A stretch of 64,000 bases of DNA from Selaginella moellendorffii (lineage: Eukaryota > Plantae > Lycopodiophyta). This document shows positions 1-13,470 of this stretch, one piece after another. The notes beneath the pieces were generated by a model. The model was given only the letters and a program-made list of their open reading frames with translations. It searched no databases and had not been told where the DNA came from. The number at the start of each line of letters is the position of its first letter. The stretch's first letter is position 1. The position numbers were made by a program, and so were the translations under genes. The stretch spans positions 522,394 to 586,393 of the forward strand of contig NW_003314341.1 in NCBI RefSeq assembly GCF_000143415.4, in the 5' to 3' direction.

Positions 1-1080
1 TCAAGAAGTTTCGTGAGTTGCCTCTTGAGTTCAGCCATCTCATTAATATTCAAATGATATAGATCCTTCATAGCTGGTTAAAACATAGAACAATCTCAAT
101 CCAATGATCGAAATCATGGCTAGGAGGTAGCTTTGATAGCAAATCTTTTGAAAAGATATCCTAATTCCTTGCCAACAATTAAAATATTTCCTTTGGTACA
201 AGATCAACCCCATCACCAATTTGAATTGGGTTAGCATCACCCTTAAGTTCCATCACTTGAACCCAAAAACCCTTTTTAGCTGCATTTTGAGTAGCTCTTG
301 TAGTCAGGAACTTAGCATCCTACTCCTTTAAGGAGCACTTTTGCCATTAGAAAAACATATCAAGACGTCCTTTTGACCTCAATGTGATGCAACTTTGTTC
401 AGAACTATAAATTCTTTTAATATATTTGTTGAAAAAATCTATACCAGAAAATCTAGCATCTTGAACACTACCAAGATGAATATTTTTTTCCACTTGGATA
501 GTTTTATTGGAATATCACTCATAAATCTTCTGGCTACTTGCCCACCTTCTGCAAACCAGAAGTGTAGGGGCAACATTTACTCAGATTTTAATCTTAACAA
601 CTTAACTAAGTTTTTGGATATCATGTTATGCGTAGCTCCTGTATCAATCATCATTCGGATTTGGTGTCTGTGGAAAAAGCCTACCAAATACATCAACAGA
701 TTAGTGTTTACATTGACTAAAAGAAAAGCTTGAGGAAAGTAACTAGAGTAACTCACCTCCTCTTTCTCATAATTTACATTGACCAACTCATCAACCCCTT
801 CAGCTTCACCACCATTGTCTTCCCTCATGACATTAACATGAGATCTTGTTTTATGCTTGTTGGGATATTCTGAGGACCTATATCTTGCCTCTTCACAATG
901 GAAATAATGACCCACACTAGAAGTAGATTTCATAAATTGCTGCTACTTGTATCCACCAGGAGGAGGAACAAAGGGCCTAGGACCAAAAGAAGTTTCTGGT
1001 GGTTGTCAACTACCACCTTTATTTACCATTGTTTATGAGCCTCCAAAGTGGAACCTTCTTTCCATCAATCACTTTGTTTA
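1..1080 (-). mobile_element. Degenerate Ty3/gypsy gag-protease fragment
   Basis: ORF 577..933 carries the retroviral aspartic protease motif 'IRMMIDTGATHNMIS', preceded by a decayed zinc knuckle. Flanking frames are broken by stops. Confidence 0.7.
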
Positions 1081-1149
1081 TTCTTAGAATTTTTATTTTT
1101 GTCTAAGGTATTAGCATACAACTACTAATACTATTCCATGAGCAAGTGA

Positions 1150-1491
1150 CTAAAGGCAAATGTTGTGTTGCCTCTTTACATTCCAAGTATATCCTTGGCT
1201 TAAACTTTAAAAAGCTCCAATAGAGGGAGCAATGCAGTAGCCAAATAATAGGGATATGGACAGCCCTAGCATAAATCATGAATAAATGGAACTTAATGTT
1301 TAAGGTGGTATAAAATAAAAGAGAGGATAAAAAAGTGACTCGAGAAACCAATATCAAAGTTCCAAAGTATAATAGTTATATTGATAAAGGTTGAGACTAC
1401 TCCGGAATAAGTTGTAAAATTAAGATAAAGAAGGTGTCTTTAATGGGTTTAACAACAGTGTAATATACAAAGGAAAGAACTGACACAAGTG
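1150..1491 (+). mobile_element. Fragment of family-A (LARD-like) internal region
   Basis: Co-linear similarity to about 45780-46170, e.g. cagccctagca...ggaactta.tg.ttaaggtgg and gttccaaagta...gagactactc. Confidence 0.6.
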
Positions 1492-4400
1492 TGTAAGTGA
1501 TTAAATTTTTCATTCTACTTTATCCATTTAACCATACCTTTGACTACATGGAAGAGTCTCACTTATGACCTTTATAAGTTTTATTCCAAACTTAGGGACA
1601 TGCTAGTCCCAAGAATGGCATCTATGCCACTCAACCTTTGCACTTAGTCTAAGTGCTCCACATGTTCAATCCCATGACCAACACCCAAAAGTACCATTGA
1701 TATATCAGCCCATTATGCTAATGCCATGCCAATTCACCTTTGTCATACTAGTGGTCCAATGCCACTTGCATCACAATCCCATTTCTCAAAGATTGGGCCA
1801 TCTGTCCATGGGTAGTCATCCCTTGACCACACCTTAGCATCCTTAAAATTCTTGAAAACCTAAAAAATACCCTTCCCCAATGTCCTTTCTTTCATTCCCA
1901 CCAAGTCCCCATTCATGGCTATGTTTGCCAACACTGCCACTAGGTCATGGTTCGAAGGCTTGACCATTAAGTCCCATTGACATCTAGGACTTCCTCACCA
2001 TATGATTATATCTTTAGTCACTACACATGAGGAGTGCTCCTTTTCCTTTTCATAGTCTAGGATTTTGGAACAATATTTCAAAACAGCAAGCTAATATTTG
2101 TCAATAAGATGCACCATACCTTGCCCATTCTCTAAGGAGTATAGTCTTTCCAATTTAGGGACTCATTAGACCACTTATGGTGGTCCTTCCTCTTTTGTTT
2201 ATTTAATTTATGCTAAGTTTGTTAAAGACACCTTCTCTATCTTAATCCCACTACTCATTCCCGAGAAATTTTAATTTCTATTAACATAGCTATTGCACTT
2301 TGGAACTTTTATTTTGACTTCTCAAGTTAATTTCTTGGGTGTTTCTGACACCTTGCATTGCACTTCTAATTTTTGTTATTTAGATTCCTTCTAATGATTT
2401 CCATGGCCCAATCTTGGCTATTAGTTTTTTGCTCCTATCTTTTGATTGTTGCACTAAACAACATACAATCACTACCTCCATCCTCAAAGTATCCTTTCGG
2501 TTTTATAGTAAAGGCTTTGCTTTGCCGAGTCTAGGGGGTGTTCACCTCTAATAAGTCTCTTTAGCATTTTTGCTTTGGGCTCTATATATAACCCAAGGTC
2601 GATAGCAACCAAGCCTAGGTTTCCCCATCTTATTCACAATGTCCTTAGTGTTAATTATACCAAAGTTATTCAAGTTAGATATGCCAAGCTTTCACCCTAA
2701 GTAATCTAATTGTGCATCATGACTCTAGGGCATCCCCTGCTTAGTGGTGTACCCAACCCAATCTCTTTAGTGAGAGTTTATGACTACTGAAAAATGAGTG
2801 TCCACCTATTCCAAACCATCACCATGTTTTAGTGAGTTGAGACTTGAACCCAACCACTAGAGAGTTAGGACTTGAACCCAACCTTTGCATATGCATCTAC
2901 GGGCGATATCATCCAGAATGCTTGGTGTGACTCCCTATGCTGATACACCAACTTATACCTAAAGCACGCTACGGATCACAGCTTAGGAACCTAGTTCCTC
3001 TGAACTGCCAAGTCCTCTCACTTGACAAATTTGTGATCATATATAGACTCTTCCATGCTTAGCCCCATAGGCCACCCCTTTTGAAGTCAACATCTTCAAT
3101 TAGGATCTTTGTTTCCTCGACTTACCAATGTTGCTTAATAAGTCACCCCACTAATATAATATGGTTTTATGCATAAGTGTGAAAATCTTTAACCATCGAT
3201 TTTCATTCAAAGCCATCTTTTTTAACCCAGCCTTGATAGCCTCGCCTCATGGCAAGCTTCAAGATCACACTTTTGCTGTACCATTTTGATTTTGTACGTT
3301 GTATGAACTAGGTACTAACTTATCTAGAATTATCTTTGGGAACCTTAAAAGGACTCTATCCCTTGGCTTGTTAAAGCTTCTTTTTTCATAAGCCTTTTAA
3401 TTGCTATATAGTTTAATATAAACAATTTCATACTTTAGACTCTTTATGGCACCATGGTTGCTAATATTAACATTTTCAAACACCTTCTTAATTCTTCACT
3501 CCCAACTTATATAATCACCCTTGGATATGCCCTTTGATTTCTATGGTTAAGTTTTATCCCTTTACTACTTGCTTTTGGCATTATGTTTTCCTTTTAGTGA
3601 TTCCCTTTTCGACTAGGAGGGTAGTTTTGCACTTTCTACTATGCCTTAGCAAGTATTCTTAAGGATGAACCTACTTAATGATTTAGAAAGTGGTTTTTCA
3701 ATTTGGATATACTCACCGTATATTCCTACACACCAAGATTAATGTCATTCCATATGGGCCTCTTTATGCCATTGCTAGCTATACCAAAATCCCTTTTGGT
3801 TTTGTCCAATTTGGATAGACAAATTTCTCTCATCTCCACAACCTTAAACATTAGATAACACTTTCTATCCATTATTTATTAGGGACTTAGTCTTTTGGGC
3901 CTTATCTAATGCCCTCATGTTATTAAACACCACTTTCTAGTGTTTTAGAGTGTTTATGTGTCTTAATGATAACCTTCTTTGACAATGAGCATTTCCCTTT
4001 ACAACATTAATTTACTATATCTCAACATAAGCAATTTATCCCCCCTGTGCCCTCCCCCCCCCCCCCCAAATGGATATACTTAACCACATTATCTAATAAA
4101 AAGTCTTGGGAAGTTAACTTTTACTAATCCAATAAATTATATTATACCTTTTGCTTAGTTGCCTCATAGTTGTCAAGTCTTACAACTCATTATTGATGCT
4201 TCCACACCTCCATCATTATTCGGGTTTACATATTCAAATCACATACCTTCCAACTTAAGCTATGCCAATTTTGTTTTCATTGGAATTCTTTTGGTAAAAG
4301 GTTCTCATTAACCAACCAACTTAACTTCAAAGCCTCATCCCTTGAGATATTTGGGGTCCCCACCCCCCTCAACTACACAAGCCTACTCTCATGACACTTT

Positions 4401-5350
4401 TCATTTGTGTTTAGATCTTTGCCAAGACCAAAATAGTCATTTCTCATACCAATTATCAATTAGTATTACACTATAATGTTCATATGTAATTTTGCACCAA
4501 AGTTACTTTCTTCTAGAAACACCTTTCCCACGACTTTAATATAGCATATTTTGCCATCAATGAAATACTCATTGTTATCATATTTGGATTTTTTAAGTTT
4601 CCCCATCTTTTATAAGGTATAACACACTTCAATCCAAATGCTTCCACTCGAGTCATCCAACTTTTTGAACTTTTGTTAATTCAAACGGTATATAAGGTTT
4701 TAGTCTCATAGCTACTTTTGAGGTATTAGCTCGTTGGAATACAACTTCTTGTATTCGTGTCTTACTCACAAGGATCATCTTTACAAGTGTTACTCTGACA
4801 CTTGATTATTATTTGTTTCATGTGGGCTACCTTTGTCCCTTAAGAATATCTTTTCAAATAATGAGAATACCAACTCATTTTTTAAGTATACCCCCAACTT
4901 TTTGGGTTATTCCAGCATTTATTAAAGGTAGCCCTAGTTACTATTTCAAGGACTTGTGTCCTCTTTTATATTTGACCTTCTACGGTCATTAATTCTCGTC
5001 TCAAATTCATAAGCATTATCCTCAACTATATGAGGATAATCCTACAATTCCTTTATTATTTTAGAGTTTTTATCCTTCCTATAATCCCAACTATAATTAT
5101 TTATCACAACCACATTAGCTAGTTTGCCAAGTCAAACACTTATATCAATCACATCCTCAACTCTCTAAAGAAATTTTGTTATAATTCCCAAAATCCCAAA
5201 GTCATTCCCTTATTAGCCCTTTTCTATTCACCACATTGCATACCAGTTCACACATGAACTAAAGTGGAGAGCCACGTCCTCTTGACATACTACTCCTCAA
5301 GGATATACCCAATCCTAAGACCTTTTGATGCCCATACAAGTGGTGATATA

Positions 5351-7119
5351 TGTGAGACACAAAATCCCTAGGCCCCAAAGTGGAGCCGGAAGGGCGCCAC
5401 ATGGTAGTGGCCGAAGCGAGAGCCAAACGAGCGTAACACGTTTGGACCAGAAGCTCGGACTTGAAAAGTCAAGAGCGGGAGTGGAACTCCCAACGAAGTG
5501 CTCGAGGAACGAGCACGAAGCGAGCAAAAGGCAAGGCTCCAAAAAGGGACCCAAAAGGACCAACACATGACACGTGGGAGTGTCCGAGATGGACTCGAGT
5601 TGGAGTCCGAAGTGGAGTCCGAGATGCACTCGAGTTGGAGTCCGAAGTGGAGTCCGAGATGGACCCGAGTTGGAGTCCGAAGTGGAGTCCGAGGTGGACC
5701 CGAGATGGACCCGAGTTGGAGTCCGAAGTGGAGTCCGAGATGGACCCGAGATGGAGTCCGAGATGGAGTCCGAGATGGAGTCCGAGATGGAGTCCGAGGT
5801 GGACCCGAGATGGACCCGAAATGGAGTCCGAGATGGAGTCCGAGATGGACCCGAGATGGAGTCCGAGATGGAGTCCGAGATGGACCCGAGATGGACCCGA
5901 GATGGAGTCCGAGATGGAGTCCGAGATGGAGTCCGAGATGGAGTCCGAAGTCGAGACCGAGATCGGGACCGAGACCGGGACCGAGACCGAGACCGAGACC
6001 GAGATCGGGACCGAGACCGAGACCGAGGCCGAGGCCGAGACCAAGCCCGAGCCCGAGTCCGAGTCCGAATCCGAGTCCGAGTCCGAGTCCGAGTCCGAGT
6101 CCGAGTCCGAGTCCGGAGCCTGAGAGGGTGAAAGCCCAAAGCGTTCGTCTCCCAGACCCTGGGGGGTTTGGTGAGCCCCAAAAGTATAGTAGGGGGAGGA
6201 CTGCAGTGGAGCCAGTTTGGCCAGGAAAGGCTAGTTTGGCCCAGGAAGGCCAGACCCAGTGTTGGGTGATGAACTGACCACTGGGAAGTCCAAGACTAGA
6301 GTGAATATGGACCGACAAGCGGGGTAGCTTGGTGAAGTGTTCAAAAGCCGGCTCTAGTTCCCCCGGGAGATCGACTGGCCGATGCTCCCAGTCCAAGTGT
6401 GGGTGGCACTACCTACTTGGATACCAGGCGTGGCTCAACGGAACCTCGCTCTAAGCCCATGGCTAGAGCACCTAAAGGTGAAAGGCGGGGAGAGTACCCA
6501 GGTGGCTCGCATAAGGCCACGGTGTTCCGAAATGTTGTCCCAAAGGCCTAGACTGTGGAAAGGAAGAGGAGCAGTCCTCTGGGGTAGTGACCAAGGACAC
6601 AGTCGTGTGGTGAAGAAGTCCCAGAGGACCATGGGACTTAGTGGTCGGGCCTGTGGGCCTCGATCCAGTGGCAGTGTTGGCAAACATGGCTAGGGGCAGA
6701 AAGGGACTTGGTAGGAACTGACAAAGGAACTTTCGGGAAGGCGATTCCCCAGGTCTGTGGGCATCCTAAGGATGCTAAGGAGTGGATCCAGGATGACCAC
6801 TCGTGGACAGATGGCCCAGTCTTGGAGAGACGGGATGGTGATGCAAGTGGTATTGGATCACTAGTGCAGCAAAGGTGAATGGGCATGGCCTTAGCGTAAC
6901 GGGCCGAGATGTCAGTGGTACCTTTGGGTGTCGGTCTTGGGACCGGACACGTGGAGCACTTGGACCAGGTGCAAGTGTGGAGTGGCATGGATGCCATTCT
7001 TGGGGCTAGCAAGTCCCAAGTCCTAAATTGGACTTATGGAGGTTGTGAATGAGACTGCTCTAAGTGGTTGGAGGTGTGGTTAAGTGACTAAAGTAGAACG
7101 GAAAAATTAGTCGCTTACA
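5351..7119 (+). mobile_element. Solo LTR, family A
   Basis: TGTGAGACAC...CGCTTACA termini. Identical 5-bp target duplication ATATA at 5346-5350 and 7120-7124. Matches LTRs 33142-34808 and 46363-47851. No PBS follows. Confidence 0.92.
5580..6120. repeat. LTR-internal tandem array of 12-mer GAGATGGA(GT/CC)CC and 6-mer GAGTCC/GAGACC units
   Basis: Periodicity is directly visible and explains the many low-complexity ORFs in the track. Confidence 0.95.
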
Positions 7120-8379
7120 ATATACTTGGCCACCAATAAAAGTCAGACTAAGGAATATCTTCGATACTAAATTGTGAGTGACTAAATTTTCCATTCTACT
7201 TTAGCCACTTAACTATACCTTTGACCATATAGAAAAGTCTCACTCAGTTTTATTCCCAACTTAGGGATATATTAGTCCTATGAATAACATCTATACCACT
7301 TAACTTTTGCACTTGGTCCAAATGTTCTATGTGTTTGATCCTATAGCTGACACCCAAAGGTACTATTGACATATCAGCCTATTACACTAAAGCCATGCTC
7401 ATTCACCTTTGTCACATTAATGGTCTAATGCCACATACATCACAATTCCATCTTTTAAAGACTGGGCCATTTGTCCATGGGTAATCATCTCTTAACCACA
7501 TCTCAGCATTCTTAGAATGCCTGAAGACATAGGGAACACCCTTCCCCAATATCCCTTCTTCAGTTCACACCAAATCCCCATTCACGACTGTGTTCACTAA
7601 CACTGCCATTGGGCCAAGGCTCGAAGGTTTGACCACTAAATCCTACTGATCTCTAGGACTTCTTCACTATATGACTGATTGGACAATAGTGTGAAAGACA
7701 AATCATAGCCATACTTTTGGCAACTAAAACCATGTGTTTGAAAACAAGCTTCACTAGCTAGTTGCACCAAGATCACCACCAATTCCATGGGTTGTGACTT
7801 TATGTTGAATCTAGGATTTTCCCTGAGAGCTTCCATGGTTTATTGGATCTCTAGTGCAACCCTGGAGTTTTTCTTGTGGGTCAGTAAACTTTCACGGTTT
7901 GGGAGCAATATATTATTGCTAGGAAAATAGATCAAACTTGGAGCTTGACTCTCACACCTCGGGTATTTGAAAGAATTGAAACCTATGGACCTCCAGCTTT
8001 GACAATAGATGGAACCAGGGTCCACCTCGAGTTCAAACAAGCCATTTTCCAGAACAATATCTTAAACGGATGTTGCTGATTCTTGTTGCAGCAGCATGCT
8101 TATACTTTGTCTCAGAAGTAGTGTTTGCATCGGCTGCTTGCTCAGATTGAGACGCAGAGTCCATTTGTTTGCCATGGCCTCTGGGTTTTTAAATAAAACG
8201 TGTCCCAGAACATGAGCAGTTGAGAGTTTCATTCCATCGAGAAGAGAATGGTTTCTTTCTTGAGCTTGACAGCAGCAACGAGCTGAGCGCCATGCCCAGA
8301 ATTTGCGCCCAGAAAACAAAGAATTCCTATCAAAGTTTTTTGTATGAACGGAATGCTCTTCAAAAAACAGGAAGCGTTC

Positions 8380-9930
8380 TTCTCCACCGCCATTTCCTCC
8401 CTGCAAAGTCGCTAGCCAGAGCGACATTCTCTACACCAGCTCTTTGCTGCCTTTTGGCTGTCACTCTCGCGCTCTCGGCAGCGTTGCTGGAGCTAAAGCT
8501 TCTATCGTACCTGATCCCCCAGCGCGACGCCGGGACCTGGAACGCGATGATCCACGCCTACTCCGCGCAGGGTTCAGGCTCTTGGATCGCGCGATATTCC
8601 CTTTCACTGGCAAATGCGAGCAGCAAGAACACACGGGGCATTCGATCTATGCGGCGTCAATCTTGTTCGATTGAGTGCCCCAGTGTCCTGCAACACAGTC
8701 GTAAAATCCTACATCCGGATCTCCAATCTCGGCCAGGCAAACAAGATCTTCGATTCCATGCCGGATCATGACGTGGTTGCTTGGAACTCACTCATTACAC
8801 TGTATGCCCAGTCCGGGCATCTCGAGCTTTCCAAGAACAGGGAGTTCCGTGATCGTCTCTTGGAACGCGATGATCACCGCGTATGTGGCGGCATCCTGGA
8901 CCCGCGACTGAGAGTCTATGTTTGATTGCGTCTCAGAGCGCCATGGAACTCGATGAGGCAAATTGTGGCAGCGAAATCGACCTTCCACAAAATGCCGGCC
9001 AAGGATCTCGTGTACTAGACGAATCTACTGCCCAGAATGACAGGACGTTCCATCGGTTCCCCTTCACCAGCACAGCGGTGAATACCAGACGGAGGATTTG
9101 GCCACCGCAAAAGAGATCTTTGATTTCATGCCGGATCAAGACGTGGTGCCTGGACGGCAATGAAGACAGCCACCAAGGCTTTGTCGCCCTCACGAAGAAC
9201 ATCTTCGATCAAATACCCGGAGAAGAATCCAGTACCGTGGTTCCTTGCAATTGCGAGAATGGGCATTTTGACGAGGCCGTTCACGAGATCTTGCGCAAGA
9301 CCATTGTCTACTGGATAGCTCTCACGCCAGTTTCAACTTGAGCGCCGCCAGGAGTATGTCTGAGAGCATGAAAATGCGCACCTTGGTTTCCTGGACGACC
9401 AAAGCTCAAAACGGGCACTACGATCAGTGGAAGTCTTCCAGCTTATGAATCTCGAGGGTGTTAAGTCGGGCGAGTTGACGTTCCAGAGCGTTCTAACTTT
9501 GTACAGCCATGTCGGTCTAGTAGCCGACCTGGGAACACTGCGTCTTGAACAGCCAATACTTTGGGATGGTGGCGCTGAGACGGCAGCACTCTTTATTTCT
9601 GCATGATCGACATCCTGGGTCGATCCAGGAGAACTCTGAGTGCGGAGGAGCTCATCAAAATCGATGCCATTCCTTCCAGATGTCGTGATCTGGATGTTGC
9701 TGCTGGGAGCTTGCCTCCTCCATGGCCGATTGTGTCCCACCTCCCAATTGATAAGTACATGTTTGAGAGAACATTGTAGGCAGTTGTGTAGCAGGGCTCC
9801 AGTGCTCTCGAAGATCTTTGCTGCGACTCTCTCAGCAAGGAACCTGATGAAGTCGAGACAAGTGAGGAAAGTTCCAGGGATCAGCAACATTGTTCGAGTT
9901 GGTAGCGCAGTTCACAGTTTTTTGGTTGTA
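8380..9930 (+). pseudogene. Fragmented PLS-class PPR (E-domain) pseudogene
   Basis: Broken PPR motifs in several frames: RDAGTWNAMIHAYSAQG, IFDSMPDHDVVAWNSLITLYAQSG, MPFLPDVVIWMLLLGACLLHG, RKVPGIS...VHSFLV. Confidence 0.8.
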
Positions 9931-12711
9931 ACAAGTCCAAATTCAAGAGTTTATAGTGACTATTGTAGATATATACCCTTTACTTTACATGCCAATTTTC
10001 TAGATCATCTTGAAGAAGTTAAGTTAAATCTAGATCATTTGGGAGAAGTCATTAACTCACTAAATATTTGGCTTTTAGGTATTAGAAGATATTTTTTATG
10101 CACTATTTAATTTGTATAAGTTCTTAGTGATGTTATTTAGTTTGAATAACATTCCATAATCTTTCTAATCATATTGCACAATTGCAAGCATTACTAAAGA
10201 TATCAACATTATCTTTTGTTTTGTCTAAAGATTGTATTTGCAAATCTCATAGAATTGACAACTCCTCTAATTTGGCATATGTTGATTACACTTAATTTTT
10301 CATTTTACATATAGATGTTTTTAATATTAATCTCGAAAGTGTGTTGATATAAAAGAGCATAAGGGTGTTTAATTAACATCATCTTATTCCAAAAGGTGAA
10401 TTACTCTATGACAAAAGAGTGTTTAGTAGTAGTTTGGGGTTTGGAGAAGGTTCATGTATAATTACATGATTTTCAAATGTTATTATAGTCACTTTATTAT
10501 AAAAGTGAAGAATTTGATTTATCATATTTCTTTATGGGTTTTAAAGTTTAAGGTATATAACTTTAAAGTTGTTTTAATGTTAATGCTAATATCCTTTCTG
10601 AAACTCTTCTTCCTTCCTGCAAATCTTTGTTGGATGGCACCTCCTCGTCAAGGCTCAAAAACTATGCCATGGAAAACCACCACCATTACCATTATACGCT
10701 ACTGCTGCACATTTTCGATCCAGGGGGCTCTTTACCTGGGCGGTCTGCTGCTGCCAGGCATGCTCTATGAGTCGAGCAGCATGGTCTTTCTTCTCAGTCT
10801 CAGACATCTTCAAACTAGGCTCACAAGCACAAGCACTGCTTTTCTGCAGTATGTATGGTTCTTCTCATGCTCATTTTGCTTATACTCTTGTCCAGTCCAG
10901 ATCACTTCATTCCTCATCTTCGCCACCCTTTGGCCTCGAGCATTTTCTGAGATAAAATGGAGGCCTGTAGTCCACAACGCAACTTGTGATGTGATGAGTT
11001 GGTGACCTGGTATACTTTTTTGTGCTACCTTTTCTTCTTTTGAGAAACAGGGTTTGCTGCAACAGAAATCGGCTTGTTTGAGCATTGAAGTTTAAATTAA
11101 TCCAGGCACGCTCTTGATCAGCAGCAAAGTTAAGAGCCCAAGGCTGGAGGTACTTCTCTGTTCTTTCAAATCCTGGGGAGCTTGAGATTTCATCAAGGTC
11201 CAAGTTTGATGCTTGTTCCTAGCAGCAACAAGACCAAAGATTTTAAAAACTCCATGAAATTTCGAGTCACACCCACAAGGTTTAGTGTGTGAAGAAGAAG
11301 GGGCAATGCATGGAAAATACTCGAGACCAGGAGGTGGCTGTCCTTCACAAGAGTGTTTAGAGCAAAAAAGGGCGAAAGAACTGTGGAGCAGCAATGCTTG
11401 TGAGTGCTTGCGAGTCTAGTTTGAAGATTGAGCCAGACCGGATCCCCAGACAAGTCATCGAGAAGAGAGTCGATCAGCTCGACTCACACACGGCGGAGCA
11501 GCGGATCGTCATCGAGGCACCATGGAGTTAATGGCAATGGCAGTGGTTTTCCATGGCATGATTTCTGGGCAGGGGCAAGCGCATCCACCAGGAATATCGC
11601 CTCCAGCGGCATGCGCATCCGACAGCTATCAATGTCGATCAGGCGGAGATCCATGCACTCGTCTCGTCGCTGCATCACCCTGGCAAACCTTGCACGTATG
11701 TTTGTTTATTCTATTTTTATTATTTCAGCCCTCTTGCTTCGCAAACACGAGATGAGATTTTTGTGTATTGCTAGAAAATATAGGGAAGACCCCTGGCTTT
11801 ATGTCTGCTTGGCCTTGGATCCGGATCCACTCAGCTTCAAATGGCCGATCAAGGTAAGAAACTTTGTTCACCTTTGGACATTGTACAGGTCCTCGTACTT
11901 GCGGCACTTGCTTCCATCAGCTGCCAGACCCAGCTGCTAATTGATCTATTAGCAATTTGCCACCATTCTCAAAGAACAAAATTAGAATATTCGAATTCTA
12001 CGTCTGGATTCAAGCAGCATCCTATCACATCCGACTCATGTCACCAGTAAACACGTCCCGTTGCTCAAGTGCTGTTGTAGTCCCTAAAATCCCACATTAA
12101 AAGCATACTCTCAGAAAAACTAATGAAATTACAAAACTGGGCTATCTTGCTATAGAGCGCTCTACCACCAACTTGCTTCCAATGCTAAAACAATGCTTGA
12201 TCACAATGTGATTTTAATTTGTAAATCCAAGCAAGGTGTGAACATTCTCCAAGAGCGTGCTATCTTGCCTCTTACACGAGACAAATGCACTAACCCATTT
12301 TCAAAAGAGTCTTAGCTATGTTTGTGTGCTGCTGGAGCAAATCAAATATATATCTTCCCTTCCACAAAATTTGATTGCATGACTACAGTGGAGATGCACC
12401 TAAGTTAACACTTTTTAATGATCTGTTTGTTTAAGTCTGTAAGAATGGATTCCATAGATTACAAGTTTGGTTTTGCTTCTTTACTATGATCTAGTACTAA
12501 CTTAACACCCAGAAACTCAACACAGTTAATCTTAGGTGAGATTTTGAGGAGAGCCACTCTCACTAGTAAATTGTATAGTGTTAAAAAAAGGAAAATAATG
12601 AAATGGTACTTAACACCCAAAAACACAACACAGTTAATTTAATAATAAAATAATAAAATAGTGTTCATGTTAGGGGGCGACCCTAAGACCGTATTGTTCT
12701 TAATTGAAAGT

Positions 12712-12792
12712 TGAGGCGGATGGGAATCGAACCCAGCAACCCTTCACAATAGAACATTACAGCATGCATGCTATAACCACAAAGCCATGAAC
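12712..12792 (-). ncRNA. tRNA-like sequence (pseudo-tRNA or SINE head)
   Basis: Minus strand reads TGGCTTTGTGGTTATAGC (A-box-like) ... GGGTTCGATTCCC (B-box/T-arm). The acceptor stem does not pair properly. Confidence 0.45.
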
Positions 12793-12879
12793 ACTAGGAG
12801 ATAACAAAATATAGTTTCAGCACCTCTTATTGGATTTGGAATGCAAAAGAAGATTTGGAATCCATCTGATTGTCCACGT

Positions 12880-13470
12880 GAACGACATCCAAGGGCTGCG
12901 AGGCCAGAGATTTGGAGGATCCACGCGCGGATCCTGGAGAGCAGCTACTGGCCGAACGTCTTCATCCGGCATGAAATCAAAGATTTCTTTGGAGGTGGCC
13001 AAATCCCCCCTCTGGTGTTCACTGCTGGAAGGGGAACCCATGGAACGTCCTGTCATTCTGGGCAGTAGATTCGTCCAGGACACGAGATCCTTGGCGTTTT
13101 TGCCCAAGGTCGATTTCGCTGCCACAATTTGCCCCTGGTGCGCGAGCGCCATTATCATCGAGTTCCATGGCGCTCTGAGACGCAATCAAACATAGACTCT
13201 CACTCTCGGATGCGGGATGCCGCCACATACGCGGTGATCATCGCGTTCCAGGAGACGATCACGGAACTCCTAATGGAACAAGATTGACGCCGCATCGATG
13301 CCCTGTTCTTGCTGCTCGCATTTGCCAGCGAAAGGGAATATCGCGCGATCCAAGAGCCTGAACCCGGCGCGGCGGCGTGGATCATTCGTGGCGTCGCGCC
13401 TGGGGGATCGGCACGATAGAAGATTTAGCTCCAGCAACGCTGCCGAGAGCGACTTTGCGGAGAAGAGAAA
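12880..13470 (-). pseudogene. PPR pseudogene fragment, inverted paralog of ~8470-9170
   Basis: Motifs VSWNAMITAY, PWNSMIMALAHQGQIVAAK, DLVSWTNLL and SKEIFDFMPD. Reverse-complement similarity to the 8.5-9.2 kb fragment. Confidence 0.75.

Larger units (their letters stand above)
1492..7678 (-). mobile_element. Old decayed copy of the family-A non-autonomous LTR element (truncated LTRs at 1492-~2085 and 7173-~7678)
   Basis: Both segments are the reverse complement of the family-A LTR 3' part. The internal region ~2090-7170 is the reverse complement of 34809-36430 plus 43932-46260. A degenerate PBS lies at ~7160-7170. Confidence 0.8.

Noticed and set aside
5580-6120. CRISPR-like or iteron interpretation of the short repeats
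   Set aside because: No unique spacers, no cas genes, and a eukaryotic LTR context.
5315-6396. Long RS-, RT-, GL- and MESE-repeat ORFs on both strands (also at 33.1-34.0, 36.4-36.8, 42.6-43.2 and 46.5-46.9 kb)
   Set aside because: Artefacts of stop-free 6/12-mer arrays inside LTRs; they are open in most frames and not conserved between LTR copies.
10600-12060. Coding-like degenerate sequence between the PPR arms
   Set aside because: No recognisable domain or consistent frame; only a small PPR-related piece near 11450-11660.
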